Shown one piece after another: positions 26,403 to 35,894 of a stretch of 38,087 bases of DNA. This DNA comes from a bacterium (lineage in GTDB: Bacteria > Sysuimicrobiota > Sysuimicrobiia > Sysuimicrobiales > Kaftiobacteriaceae). The stretch lies in contig JBIOWP010000074.1 in NCBI GenBank assembly GCA_044868695.1, positions 1 to 38,087 of the forward strand, given 5' to 3'. The position numbers and the translations under genes are program-made. The first letter of the stretch is position 1, and each line of letters begins with the position of its first letter. The notes under the pieces are model-generated. The model was given only the letters and a program-made list of their open reading frames with translations, did no database searches and was not told the origin of the DNA.

Positions 26403-29400
26403 CTATCGCGAAGCGTTCTTGCGTGCAACCGCGAGGCGTTCGATCTGGTCGATGTCGCCGAGCTGCTCCAGGATACGTTCCGCTGTCGCGAATGCCCCGC
26501 TCTCGCCTGCGACGATGGCGTGTTCACACCGCGCGCGCGCCTCATAGGGGACAGCTTTGGTTTCCTGGAACAGCGTCGCGGCCCGGCCGAGCTCATCCGC
26601 ATCTGCGGCCATCACGCCCAGCGCCCTCCGGGCCTGCGCTTCGAGCGGCCGGTAGTGGAACTCAGCCGCGAACGCGGCGATCCGGCGGACGAGGTCAGGC
26701 GCCACCGGGTGCCGGTAGTCCGTCAGGAGCGACAGCGTACGCTCGTAATGCTCGATCGATGGGAGATGGCGAAAGGGGAACCTCCCGACATAGTGCGTCA
26801 TCGCCTCAAAGTTCAAGCGGAGATAGGGTTCGATACGCGTGACCACGGGAGAATCGGTGCGAGCCGTTCGAAATTTCTGGAGGATTTCGTCAATAATCTG
26901 TCCGAATTCCTCGATGGTTCGTTCGTCGCGCCGGGCCCGAGCGACGTCCAGCGCGGCCACGAACCCCCGGACCGCGTAGCCCGCAGCACTCCGGTTGCTG
27001 TCGATCCAGAGATGCTTCGCTTTGACCGCAGCGGCCAGCGCGTCGTCCCAGTTCCCTCGCAGGGTCAGCGCGTAGATCCGCCAGGCCGCCACGTGGAGCG
27101 CCCAGTGGGGAATTTGCCCCGGCTGGACGATCGCCAGCCCGGCGGCCGAAATCCCCTCGGCTTTTTCGAGTTCTCCGCCCAGCGCGCAGCCCCAGGCGAC
27201 CATCGCATGCGCGTCGACGCGCTCGACCAAATCCAGCCGGTCCTGAAGGCTTAGTCGCCGTTCGGCCAGTTGGATCACCTCCGGCCAGGCTCCTCTCGCC
27301 TCTGCGCATCCGCTGAGCGCGTCCAGGGCCATGCTCCGCAGCTTGGTATCGTCGAGTTGTTCGGCGATGTCGAGACCGCGGCGGGCACCCGCTTCGGCCG
27401 TCCGGATGTCCTCCTCGGTGGAGTCCGCCAGCCGCCAGAACGGGTAGAAGGCGTCGCCGATGAGGAAGGCCGCGATCGCCCGCCGATCGGTCGCCCGCGC
27501 CATGAGGGCGTGGCCCTCTGCCCGCAACCGGGCCATGGTTTCATCCGACGGTCGGGAGGCAACGGATCCCTGGCTTCTCATAAACAGGGTGATGAGTTTG
27601 GCCAGGACCCGGAGCTCCTGGTCGGGAGCGCGTCTGGCTTCCCTGTGCAGCCTCAGCGCGGTCCCATACGCTTCGGCGCCGGGGTCACCACCGAGCTGGA
27701 CGTCGCCCAGTCGCTCATACAGGTCGGGGTGGTCGGCGGGGTCGGCGAGTTCGATCGCGGCGCGCAAGTGTCTCGCGGCTTCAGCGTGAGCGGCCCCAGC
27801 CTGAGCCATGCCCGCCGCGCGTCCAAGCCAGTGGACGGCGCGTGCACGAATCTTCTCGTCGCCGGCCGCCTGCCGCAGCGTGGAGCCCAGGTGCGCCGCT
27901 TCCCGGTAGTGGTAGGCGATGAGCTCGGCCAGCGCGTCTTCCCTGCCGGCTGCCTGCCCTTCCATCCATTCCGCGGCGGTCGCGTGGAGGGCGGCGCGTT
28001 CACTTCGCGGCAGCGTTTGGTAGGCGACTTCCCGGATCAGGATGTGCCGGAAGCTGAACCGTTCCGCGTCGGCGGGCCGGATGAGGTCTCGCTCCACCAA
28101 ACGGTCGGTGAGCCCCGCGACCTGTCCGGCGAGGGCGGAGTCGAGGGCGGCGATACCGGGAACCAAAAAGCTCCGCCCAAAGACCGCACCGAGCTGCAGG
28201 ACCCGCCGCTCGGCGTGCTGCAGCAGGTCGAGACGCGCGAGCACCGTCGCCTGGACGGTGTCCGGCAGTTGGGCAAGAATGTGCGAGACGGCGGCTTCAT
28301 CATCGAGGGAGCCGACGCGGTCCATGACGGACCGGACGATTTCTCCGGCATAGAATGGGTTGCCGTCGGCCCGCTCCACGACCCGGGCAACAACCTGCGA
28401 CGACGACCGGCCCAGGAGATGCTCGACGAGAGCCTCCACCGCCGTGTCCGGGAGCGGCTCGAGCGCGAGCGAGACGTAATTCCGCCGTCCTCCGCCCCAT
28501 GCGGTGCGCCGGTCTAACAGTTCGGGGCGTGCCAGGGCAATGATCAGAACGGATGACTCCCCCCGCGGCTGCATGACGAATTCGACCAGATCGAGCAGGC
28601 TGTCGCTCGACCAGTGGAGATCTTCAAACACCAGGACAAGCGGCCGGCGCCGGGACGCCGACTCGACGAGGGTCCGCCACGCCCCAAAGAGGGCGTCACG
28701 GTCGATCGCTTCGAGTTCGGCGGCGCCGACGGTAGCGGCAAGCAGGTCGGCCATCCGCTGCGGCTGCTCCACCCCGGCATCGTGGGTCCACGCGGAGACC
28801 GCCGCGCGAATGCGTTCAGGCGGCGCGTCTTCTGGAATGCCGATGATGCGGAACAGCACGGCGCGCAGCGGCCAGTACGTCAGTCGCTGGCCGTACGGGA
28901 GGCACTGGGCGATGGCGATGCTGGCGTGAGGTGCCAGCGATGGGAGGCGGTCCAGAAACTCTTCGAGCAGGCGCGTCTTGCCTGTCCCGGCGGGGGCCAC
29001 CAGGCTGACCAGGAAGGGACGGCGCTGAGCAAACGCCTGGCGGGCCACCACTTCCAGGTGCGCGAGCTCCGTATCCCGCCCGATCAGAGGGCTCCGTCTC
29101 ACCGCGCGGGCCGCGCGTCCCAGGACGGTGACGGCTCTGACCGGCTGCGCCTTGCCCTTCGTCGCCACCTCCACGGGCTGGCTGAAGGCAAAGGCCTCGC
29201 CCGCGGCGCGGGCTGTTCGCTCGCTGCAGAGAATGCTCCAGGAATCTGCGGCCTGCTGGAGCCTGGCCGCCACGTTCACCGCGTCGCCGGTGATCAGGAA
29301 ATCCCCCGCTGCGGCGTCGCGGGCGGCGACCACTTCTCCTGTGTTGACCCCCACGCGAACCGGCAGCCGCTCCCGGAGGGTCGAATCCTGCCGCAGGCGG

Positions 29401-29657
29401 TCCCGCAATTCCAGGGCCGCATTGAGGGCTCGCTGACCATCGTCCCCGTGCGCCTGGGGCAGCCCAAAGACGGCCATCACGGCGTCCCCGATGAACTTCT
29501 CGAGCGTGCCTCCGTGGGCGGCGATGACCTCCTTGCAGATCGAGTAGAATTGGCTCATCAGTGCGCGGACGTCCTCTGGATCCAGCGTCTCGCCAAGCGC
29601 CGTGGACCCGGTGACGTCCGCAAAGAGGATTGTGACAAGCCGTCGTTCTTCGGCCAT
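26403..29657 (-). CDS. Class III adenylate/guanylate cyclase - STAND (AAA_16-type) ATPase - helical/TPR-like protein
   Basis: ERRLVTILFADVTGST, EKFIGDAVMA, RVGVNTG, GDAVNVAARL; Walker A APAGTGKT, Walker B VFEDLHW, GNPFY, FRHILIREVAY. The ORF-track extension to 30104 is antisense to the NIPSNAP gene. Confidence 0.92.
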   Translation of the reverse strand: MAEERRLVTILFADVTGSTALGETLDPEDVRALMSQFYSICKEVIAAHGGTLEKFIGDAVMAVFGLPQAHGDDGQRALNAALELRDRLRQDSTLRERLPVRVGVNTGEVVAARDAAAGDFLITGDAVNVAARLQQAADSWSILCSERTARAAGEAFAFSQPVEVATKGKAQPVRAVTVLGRAARAVRRSPLIGRDTELAHLEVVARQAFAQRRPFLVSLVAPAGTGKTRLLEEFLDRLPSLAPHASIAIAQCLPYGQRLTYWPLRAVLFRIIGIPEDAPPERIRAAVSAWTHDAGVEQPQRMADLLAATVGAAELEAIDRDALFGAWRTLVESASRRRPLVLVFEDLHWSSDSLLDLVEFVMQPRGESSVLIIALARPELLDRRTAWGGGRRNYVSLALEPLPDTAVEALVEHLLGRSSSQVVARVVERADGNPFYAGEIVRSVMDRVGSLDDEAAVSHILAQLPDTVQATVLARLDLLQHAERRVLQLGAVFGRSFLVPGIAALDSALAGQVAGLTDRLVERDLIRPADAERFSFRHILIREVAYQTLPRSERAALHATAAEWMEGQAAGREDALAELIAYHYREAAHLGSTLRQAAGDEKIRARAVHWLGRAAGMAQAGAAHAEAARHLRAAIELADPADHPDLYERLGDVQLGGDPGAEAYGTALRLHREARRAPDQELRVLAKLITLFMRSQGSVASRPSDETMARLRAEGHALMARATDRRAIAAFLIGDAFYPFWRLADSTEEDIRTAEAGARRGLDIAEQLDDTKLRSMALDALSGCAEARGAWPEVIQLAERRLSLQDRLDLVERVDAHAMVAWGCALGGELEKAEGISAAGLAIVQPGQIPHWALHVAAWRIYALTLRGNWDDALAAAVKAKHLWIDSNRSAAGYAVRGFVAALDVARARRDERTIEEFGQIIDEILQKFRTARTDSPVVTRIEPYLRLNFEAMTHYVGRFPFRHLPSIEHYERTLSLLTDYRHPVAPDLVRRIAAFAAEFHYRPLEAQARRALGVMAADADELGRAATLFQETKAVPYEARARCEHAIVAGESGAFATAERILEQLGDIDQIERLAVARKNASR

Positions 29658-29762
29658 CTGCGTTTGATGGAGCACGAGACCGTCGAGATTAGGTAGGCAG
29701 TTCTGTTCCAGCGAAAGGATTCCTGGACGGATGCGGCGCGATCGCCGACGGGAGTGATGAGG

Positions 29763-30062
29763 ATGAGGACCGAATTGCGAGTGTACACGATCAACCGGGG
29801 GAAGATGGACGAATTCGTCCGCGCCTGGAAGACGGGCGTCTATCCCCTGCGGCAGAAGGTCGGTTTCCGCATCGACGGCGCCTGGGTGCTCAAAGAGCGA
29901 AACCAGTTTGTGTGGCTGATGAGCTACGACGGCGACGACTGGGAGGCCAAAGACAGCGCGTACTATGCGTCTCCGGAACGGAAGGCGCTCAACCCCGATC
30001 CCGCCCAGTTCATCGCGCTGGCGGAGCACTGGTTTCTGACCGAGGTCGTCCCGCGCCGGTGA
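29763..30062 (+). CDS. NIPSNAP family protein
   Basis: ELRVYTINRGKMDEF...W, FVWL.SY, YYASPER; GGGAG SD. Alternative starts at 29754 and 29757. Confidence 0.8.
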   Translation: MRTELRVYTINRGKMDEFVRAWKTGVYPLRQKVGFRIDGAWVLKERNQFVWLMSYDGDDWEAKDSAYYASPERKALNPDPAQFIALAEHWFLTEVVPRR

Positions 30063-30181
30063 CTGTACGCGTGGAGCGCGCCAACCCCCACTACGTCCCG
30101 GCAAACTGGGACATCCAACCGCTCTTTTCGTGACGTCCGGCTCATGGAGAGCTGTGGCATCGGTGTTAGTCTAAGAGGGAA

Positions 30182-30937
30182 ATGAGCCCGGCACAGGTCG
30201 AGGACACGCAGAGCCGTCCTAGCGCCCTGACGATGGCAGGAGTGGCGATCGTTGTCATCGTCACTATGGCCTGGCTGTATGTAGAGCCAACGGGCTCAAA
30301 CAAGAATGTGATCTTGGCCGGGGCGGTGGTAGTAATCGCAGGGCTGGTCTGTGTGTCCGCAATCAGGCGTATGCGGCATCGGCAATCCGCGTTGGCCCAG
30401 ATCGCTTCCGTCCTTGGGTTCTCGTTTCGGGTCGCCGATGAGGAGTGGACGGCGTGTATGGCCACGCTGCCGTTCATGAAGCGCAAAGGTTCGCCGAACA
30501 TTCGGAACGTCATGAGGGGTGTCACGGAGAGCCGGGAGGTCGTGCTCTGCGATTACATGTTCATTGATGGTGACACAGTTCGCAGGCAAACGGCGGCCGT
30601 CTTCCGGTTGCGGAAGGACCGGCTTCCTCCGTTCGAGCTGCAGCCGGAGGGATTCCTTCAGAATCTCTTCGGTGGCGGCGATATCGACTTCGCGAGTCAT
30701 CGTGAGTTTTCGGCGCGGTACTTTCTTCGGAGTCCGGACGAACAGGCAGTCCGGGCCCTGTTCCAGCCGCGTGTGCTCGACGCGCTCAGCGCGAAACACG
30801 AGACCTGGGTTGTGCAGGGAGACCGCGAGTATCTCGCAATGTACCGGCCTCACGTCACCGTGCGGCCCACCCCCGACGCGATGAGGGCATTCCTGAACGA
30901 GGCGAGTTCGATCGTCGCCGTATTCGGGAAAGTGTGA
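30182..30937 (+). CDS. Hypothetical membrane protein (2 N-terminal TM segments plus soluble domain)
   Basis: AAGAGGG SD; two hydrophobic segments; LP.F.L.PE, DIDF.SH.EFS.RY.L tail. Confidence 0.7.
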   Translation: MSPAQVEDTQSRPSALTMAGVAIVVIVTMAWLYVEPTGSNKNVILAGAVVVIAGLVCVSAIRRMRHRQSALAQIASVLGFSFRVADEEWTACMATLPFMKRKGSPNIRNVMRGVTESREVVLCDYMFIDGDTVRRQTAAVFRLRKDRLPPFELQPEGFLQNLFGGGDIDFASHREFSARYFLRSPDEQAVRALFQPRVLDALSAKHETWVVQGDREYLAMYRPHVTVRPTPDAMRAFLNEASSIVAVFGKV

Positions 30938-31078
30938 CACTGGCGAACGTGGAGGGCCGGCCTTCTCATGACGGCGCCCTCGCGGGCCAATCCCCCTTCC
31001 CAAGGCCGGAATCGCGCCTCACAAAGGATGCGGCCACCGGTCACCGAACGTCACCGTGACGAGTCGGGGGGACGCGTC

Positions 31079-33841
31079 GTGCCCGAGTTGCCTACAGGAA
31101 CCGTCACCTTTCTGTTTACCGACATCGAGGGGAGTACCAGGTTGTGGGAGGAGTATCCCCAGGCGATGCGGGAGGCCCTGGCACGCCATGACGCGCTGGT
31201 CCGCGCCGCGATCGAGGGGCACCACGGCCATGTATTCAAAACGATGGGTGATGCGTTCGACGCGGTGTTCGCGGACACGGGCGATGCCGTGTCCGCCGCC
31301 GCGGCCATTCAGCGTGCGCTGCAGGCGGAACACTGGGGGGTTCCGGGCGGGCTGCGGGCGCGGATTGCGCTGCATACCGGCGCTGCCGAGGGAAGGGAGC
31401 GCGACTACTTCGGACCATCGCTGAACCGCGCCGCGCGCCTGCTGGCCGCTGGTCACGGGGAGCAAACCCTCATCTCTGAGGCCACCCGGGCCCTGATCGA
31501 ATCATCTCTGCCGGAGGGCGTCGGCCTCCGCGACCTCGGCCAGCATCGCCTGAAAGACCTCGCGCACCCTGAGCACGTGTTTCAGCTGCTGGTGGCGGGA
31601 CTGCGTGACGACTTTCCCCCGCTGCGGTCGCTGAACGTGCTGCCCAACAACCTCCCACGCCAGCTCACCAGCTTCATCGGCCGGACCAGAGAACTGGCCG
31701 AGGTGAAGTCGCATCTGGGGAAGACATCGCTGCTCACGCTCACCGGCTCGGGCGGCGCGGGGAAGACCCGGCTGGCCCTGCAGGCGGCCGCGGATCTCAT
31801 TGAGTCATTCGCCGACGGCGTGTGGCTGGCTGAACTGACACCGCTCACCGATCCGGCGCTGGTCACCCAGACGGTAGCCACCGCGGTCGGTGTGCGCGAA
31901 GAACACCGTCCGCTCATCCAGACCCTGACCGACTCCCTGGTCCCAAAATCCACCCTCCTGGTCATCGACAACTGCGAGCATGTGCTGGCGGGATGCGCGG
32001 CCCTCGTGCAGACGCTGCTGCAGGTATGCCCGCGGCTGCGGGTGCTGGCGACCAGCCAGGAGGCGCTCGGCGTTGGCGGGGAGATCACCTACCGCGTGCC
32101 GTCGCTGTCGATGCCGGATCCGGACCGTCTGCCTCCTCTTGACCATCTGACCCAGTTCGAGTCCATCGGGCTGTTCGTCGAGCGCGCGGGGGCGAGCCGG
32201 CCGGGGTTTGTGCTTACGGCAGCTAATGCGTCCGCGGTCGCGCAGATCTGCGCCCGGCTCGACGGTATCCCGCTGGCGATCGAGCTGGCTGCCGCCCGGG
32301 TGAGGGTGCTCTCCGTCGAGGAAATTGCCGGCCGGCTGGACGACCGGTTCAAGCTGTTGACTGCCGGCAGCCGTACTGCGCCTCCCCGCCACCAGACGCT
32401 CCGGGCTGCGCTGGACTGGAGCCACGACCTGCTGGCCGGCAAGGAACAGGTCCTCCTGCGACGGCTGTCCGTCTTTGCGGGCGGCTGGACCCTTCCCGCG
32501 GCCGAGGCGGTGTGCGCGGACGAACGGTGCGAGGCCTCCGAGGTGCTGGACGTGCTGACCCGGCTGGTCGACCGTTCGCTGGTCATCGTCGGCGACCGCG
32601 AGCAACGCGAGACCTGGTACCGGATGCTCGACACCGTGCGCCTGTACGCGAGGGAGAAGCTCGCGGCAGCTGGCGAAGAAGAGGCGGTGCGGCGCCGGCA
32701 CCGTGATTGGTACCTGCAGTTTGTGGAGCAGGCGGAGCCCCAACTCCAGGGACCGGCTCTCGAATCCTGGCTGGGTCGCCTCGAGGCCGAGCACGACAAC
32801 ATCCGCGCCGCGCTCGAGTGGTGCAAGGCCGCGGAACCACACCCCGAGTACGGTCTGCGTCTCGCCGCCTCGATGTGGCACTTCTGGGAGGTGCGGGGAT
32901 ATTGGACCGAGGGCCGCGAGTGGCTGGAGGGTGCACTGACCAAAGGGCGCGAGGTGCTGATCCCCCCGCGGGTGAGAGCGCTGAACGGTGCGGCCAATCT
33001 GGCGTTCTTCCAGGGCGACTACGCGCGGGCGGTGGCATTGGGCGAAGAAAGTCTGGACCTCAGTCGCAAGCTTGGGGACAAGCGCGGGATCGCGTCGTGC
33101 CTGAACATTCTCGGCATGGAGGCCTGCCGCCTGGAGAAGTACGACCGGGCGGCGCAGCTCGGAGAAGAGAGCCTGGCGCTCAGCAGCGAAGTGGGCGACC
33201 GGTGGGGCGTGGCCGGCGCCCGGCTGGTCCTCGGGCTCGTCACACGCGGGCAGGGGGACTACGCGCGCGCCGCGACGCTGCTGGAGGAAAGCCTTGAGCA
33301 GTTCCGGCAGCTGGGAGACAAATGGGCGATTGCGATTACGCTGAATAACCTCGGCCTGGTGATGAGGGAGAAAGGTGAGTATGCCCGCGCGAGGGCGCTG
33401 CTCGAGGAGACTCTGGCGCTCTTCCGTGATCTCGGCGACCGGTGGGGGATCGCGTTCTCACTGGCCAACCTGGGCATCGTCGCCTGGAACGGTCAGGAGT
33501 ATGAGCGGGCCGCCGGCATGTACAGGGAAAGTCTGATCTTACGGAAGGAACTGCGCGATCGCCGCGGCATTTCCACCAGCCTGACCGGCCTGGCGGTCGT
33601 CGAGTCGGCGCTCGGTCGCGCGGAGCACGCCGCCGTGCTGTACGGAGCGGCCGAGGCCCTGCGCGAGGCCCTAGGCATCCCGCCGCCGCCGTTCATCCGG
33701 GACGACTACGACCGGCACGTGGCCGCGGCGCGGCAGCAGTTAGGCGACGCTGAGTTTGCGGCGGCTTGGCAGCGGGGCCGCGCGCTGACCCCCGAAGAGG
33801 CGATCGACTATGCGGTCGCCCAGCCGTCGTCCGTCAGGTAG
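31079..33841 (+). CDS. Class III adenylate cyclase - NB-ARC-like STAND ATPase - TPR protein
   Basis: LPTGTVTFLFTDIEGST, KTMGDAF, DYFGPSLNRAARL; NNLP..LTSFIGR, Walker A GSGGAGKT, Walker B LVIDNCEH, LDGIPLAIELAAAR; repeated GD.WG.A..L.NLG TPRs. Alternative ATG at 31028. Confidence 0.93.
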   Translation: MPELPTGTVTFLFTDIEGSTRLWEEYPQAMREALARHDALVRAAIEGHHGHVFKTMGDAFDAVFADTGDAVSAAAAIQRALQAEHWGVPGGLRARIALHTGAAEGRERDYFGPSLNRAARLLAAGHGEQTLISEATRALIESSLPEGVGLRDLGQHRLKDLAHPEHVFQLLVAGLRDDFPPLRSLNVLPNNLPRQLTSFIGRTRELAEVKSHLGKTSLLTLTGSGGAGKTRLALQAAADLIESFADGVWLAELTPLTDPALVTQTVATAVGVREEHRPLIQTLTDSLVPKSTLLVIDNCEHVLAGCAALVQTLLQVCPRLRVLATSQEALGVGGEITYRVPSLSMPDPDRLPPLDHLTQFESIGLFVERAGASRPGFVLTAANASAVAQICARLDGIPLAIELAAARVRVLSVEEIAGRLDDRFKLLTAGSRTAPPRHQTLRAALDWSHDLLAGKEQVLLRRLSVFAGGWTLPAAEAVCADERCEASEVLDVLTRLVDRSLVIVGDREQRETWYRMLDTVRLYAREKLAAAGEEEAVRRRHRDWYLQFVEQAEPQLQGPALESWLGRLEAEHDNIRAALEWCKAAEPHPEYGLRLAASMWHFWEVRGYWTEGREWLEGALTKGREVLIPPRVRALNGAANLAFFQGDYARAVALGEESLDLSRKLGDKRGIASCLNILGMEACRLEKYDRAAQLGEESLALSSEVGDRWGVAGARLVLGLVTRGQGDYARAATLLEESLEQFRQLGDKWAIAITLNNLGLVMREKGEYARARALLEETLALFRDLGDRWGIAFSLANLGIVAWNGQEYERAAGMYRESLILRKELRDRRGISTSLTGLAVVESALGRAEHAAVLYGAAEALREALGIPPPPFIRDDYDRHVAAARQQLGDAEFAAAWQRGRALTPEEAIDYAVAQPSSVR

Positions 33842-35276
33842 CCGATCCCCCGGTCCCGCGAGGGGCAGTTCGCCGCTCTCTTCCGGCGGGTTCAGTGTAA
33901 TCCCCGTTTCCTCCGCCCGTGGGCTTGGAAGCGTCCAGGTGTAGCACAATCCCGCCGTCCTCGTCGGGGCGGGTCTTCTCGAACACGGCCCGCCAGTCGG
34001 GCCGCAGTCTCTGCTCCCGGATCAGCCACGTCTCAAGCGCACGCACGACCTTCGGGTCGAACTGCGTCTCCACGTGGCGATACAGCTCCGTCATCGCGAC
34101 CTCGTGAGGCTTGTGCGCCCGGTGCGGGCGGTCGGATGTGATCGTATCGTAGGCGTCGCACGCCGCGAGGATGCGGCCACCCAGGCCGATGTCGTCGCTC
34201 TTCAGCCCAAGCGGGTATCCACGGCCGTCCAGCCGCTCGTGATGCTCGGCGAGGGTAGCGAGGTGTGGTCTCAGAACGGACAGGTGGCTGAGGATTCGCC
34301 GGCCGGCCTCCACGTGGGCTTCCATCTCCGCCCGCTCTCGGGCGGTGAGCTCCGCGGCCTTCAAGAGCACGCCGTCGCGTACCACGATCTTGCCGACGTC
34401 GTGGACGCGGGCCACCGCTTTGATCATGAGCGCCTGCTCTTCGGGGACGTTCAGCATGCGGGCGACGCCGTAGCTCATCTCTGAGACGCGCAGCGAGTGG
34501 TTGCCGGTCGTGTCGTCGCGCATGTCAATCACGTCAGCGAGGGCCGCCAGCATCGATTCCGCCTCGGTGCGCAGATGCGTGTACCGTTCGTACCCAAGCT
34601 TGACCATGAAGAGGGGCGGCACCAGGATCGCTGCAGCAGAAGGGTGAATGAGCCAGAGCTGCGCCATCACCACGCTGATGGCGATGAGCGTGAGGTTGAC
34701 CTGGGCGGAGTCTCGGAACCCCCAGGCCACCATCTGGGCAAGCCGGATCCGGTCGATGCGTGAAAGGACCAGCATCAGCAGCGTCAAGTTCATCACGTAG
34801 TATGCGACGCCGGCGGCAAGCTGGGCGAAGATCGTTCTCCAAACCGGCGGAAACGCCGGGTGCAGATGCTGCAGCTGGGCCGTGACGACCGCGAATGCGA
34901 TCGCGGCCGCCCCCGTGGATATCGCATACATCGAGGCGTTGAACAGGAGCTTGTAGTACGGTTTGTTGGACGCTAAGTCGGCGACAATGACCGCTAGCAC
35001 GGCCAGGAGAAGCGCGGTCGGCCAGTCGAACGTGTAGAGCGTCAACAGGATGATGGTAATTGTCAAACTCTCGTCCTTGTGGGCGGCGCGGCCCAGCGTG
35101 AAGGGCACCGGCTTGAGCTCGCTGATGATCGCGAGCACAAGCAGCATCAGGAACCAGCCTGGGCCGATGTCGAACAGACGCGGCGTGGTCGACAGGAGGG
35201 AGTGAATGGCCCCCCACGCCGTTATGGCGCCCCCGAGCCACAAGAGAGGAAGGATCACCCGCAGTTGGCCGGTCAT
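33834..35276 (-). CDS. Membrane-sensor HD-GYP phosphodiesterase (multi-TM N-terminus, MASE9-like)
   Basis: About 7-8 hydrophobic segments including K..FN; HD-GYP motifs HSLRV, HDVGK, HHERLDGRGYP.GL, CDAYD.ITSDRP. Start overlaps the DUF5317 stop (ATGA). The MASE9 label is tentative. Confidence 0.92.
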   Translation of the reverse strand: MTGQLRVILPLLWLGGAITAWGAIHSLLSTTPRLFDIGPGWFLMLLVLAIISELKPVPFTLGRAAHKDESLTITIILLTLYTFDWPTALLLAVLAVIVADLASNKPYYKLLFNASMYAISTGAAAIAFAVVTAQLQHLHPAFPPVWRTIFAQLAAGVAYYVMNLTLLMLVLSRIDRIRLAQMVAWGFRDSAQVNLTLIAISVVMAQLWLIHPSAAAILVPPLFMVKLGYERYTHLRTEAESMLAALADVIDMRDDTTGNHSLRVSEMSYGVARMLNVPEEQALMIKAVARVHDVGKIVVRDGVLLKAAELTARERAEMEAHVEAGRRILSHLSVLRPHLATLAEHHERLDGRGYPLGLKSDDIGLGGRILAACDAYDTITSDRPHRAHKPHEVAMTELYRHVETQFDPKVVRALETWLIREQRLRPDWRAVFEKTRPDEDGGIVLHLDASKPTGGGNGDYTEPAGRERRTAPRGTGGSAT

Positions 35277-35833
35277 CTGGCCTCCCCCGCGCCACGATGG
35301 GCACGCATCAATCGCTGGACCAGCGCGAATGCGCCGATGGCGACCAGCGAGTCACCGCCGCTAAATTCCCGTCTCAGCGGAAGCCACTCAGGAGTTTGGA
35401 AGACGTCTCCAAGGGCCCACAGCCGTGTCCCCTGGTCGAGCAGCACCGAGTTATTATGGACGCCTGCCGCGGCGACCCGAGCGTCCGCCACCCCCTCGAG
35501 CGCAGATGGCGCGACAGGCATGAAGCCGCCGTTGGCAAGGATGACGGCGGTGTTGGCGGCGAGGCCCAGGCCGATCAGCCAGATCCATGACGTGCGTCGA
35601 TTGGACCAGACAAACGTGAGCATGATGAGATACGACACGATATGGAGCACGGCCGCAAACATCCGGGCCGGATGTGAGGCGCTTTCATCGGGGAGGAAGG
35701 CGAGGATCTGCGCACCGAGCGCAAGGAATGGCAAAGCCGGAAGCCGCCACCGGTGGCCGCCAAACGCGCTGATGCGCCCGCCGCGGACCACCCCGACCAG
35801 AAGGGCCAGGATGACTACACTGAGGAGGAGCAT
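35273..35833 (-). CDS. DUF5317 family membrane protein (putative LspA-like peptidase)
   Basis: G..RGGR, GLAAN..VI.ANGG.MPV, L..LGD, FS.GD pattern; GGAGGG SD before ATG 35833. Confidence 0.85.
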   Translation of the reverse strand: MLLLSVVILALLVGVVRGGRISAFGGHRWRLPALPFLALGAQILAFLPDESASHPARMFAAVLHIVSYLIMLTFVWSNRRTSWIWLIGLGLAANTAVILANGGFMPVAPSALEGVADARVAAAGVHNNSVLLDQGTRLWALGDVFQTPEWLPLRREFSGGDSLVAIGAFALVQRLMRAHRGAGEAR

Positions 35834-35850
35834 GATGCCCTCCAATAGGA

Positions 35851-35887
35851 GGCGGCCGACCGCGTCATCCTGCCACGGCCGGCCGCC
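35851..35887 (-). other. Stem-loop between the micropeptide gene and the DUF5317 gene
   Basis: Minus-strand RNA GGCGGCCGGCCGUG...CGCGGUCGGCCGCC forms a 14-bp stem. Both non-Watson-Crick positions are G-U pairs only on the minus strand. Confidence 0.65.
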
Positions 35888-35894
35888 GAAACGC

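Noticed and set aside
29658..30104. 149-aa N-terminal extension of the minus-strand cyclase
   Set aside because: Overlaps the NIPSNAP gene antisense and is not protein-like.
32950..33620. Recurrent GGCGACCGGTGGGG-like DNA repeats as a possible CRISPR or tandem array
   Set aside because: They are degenerate, in-frame TPR coding repeats (GD.WG.A) within the STAND gene, with no spacer structure.
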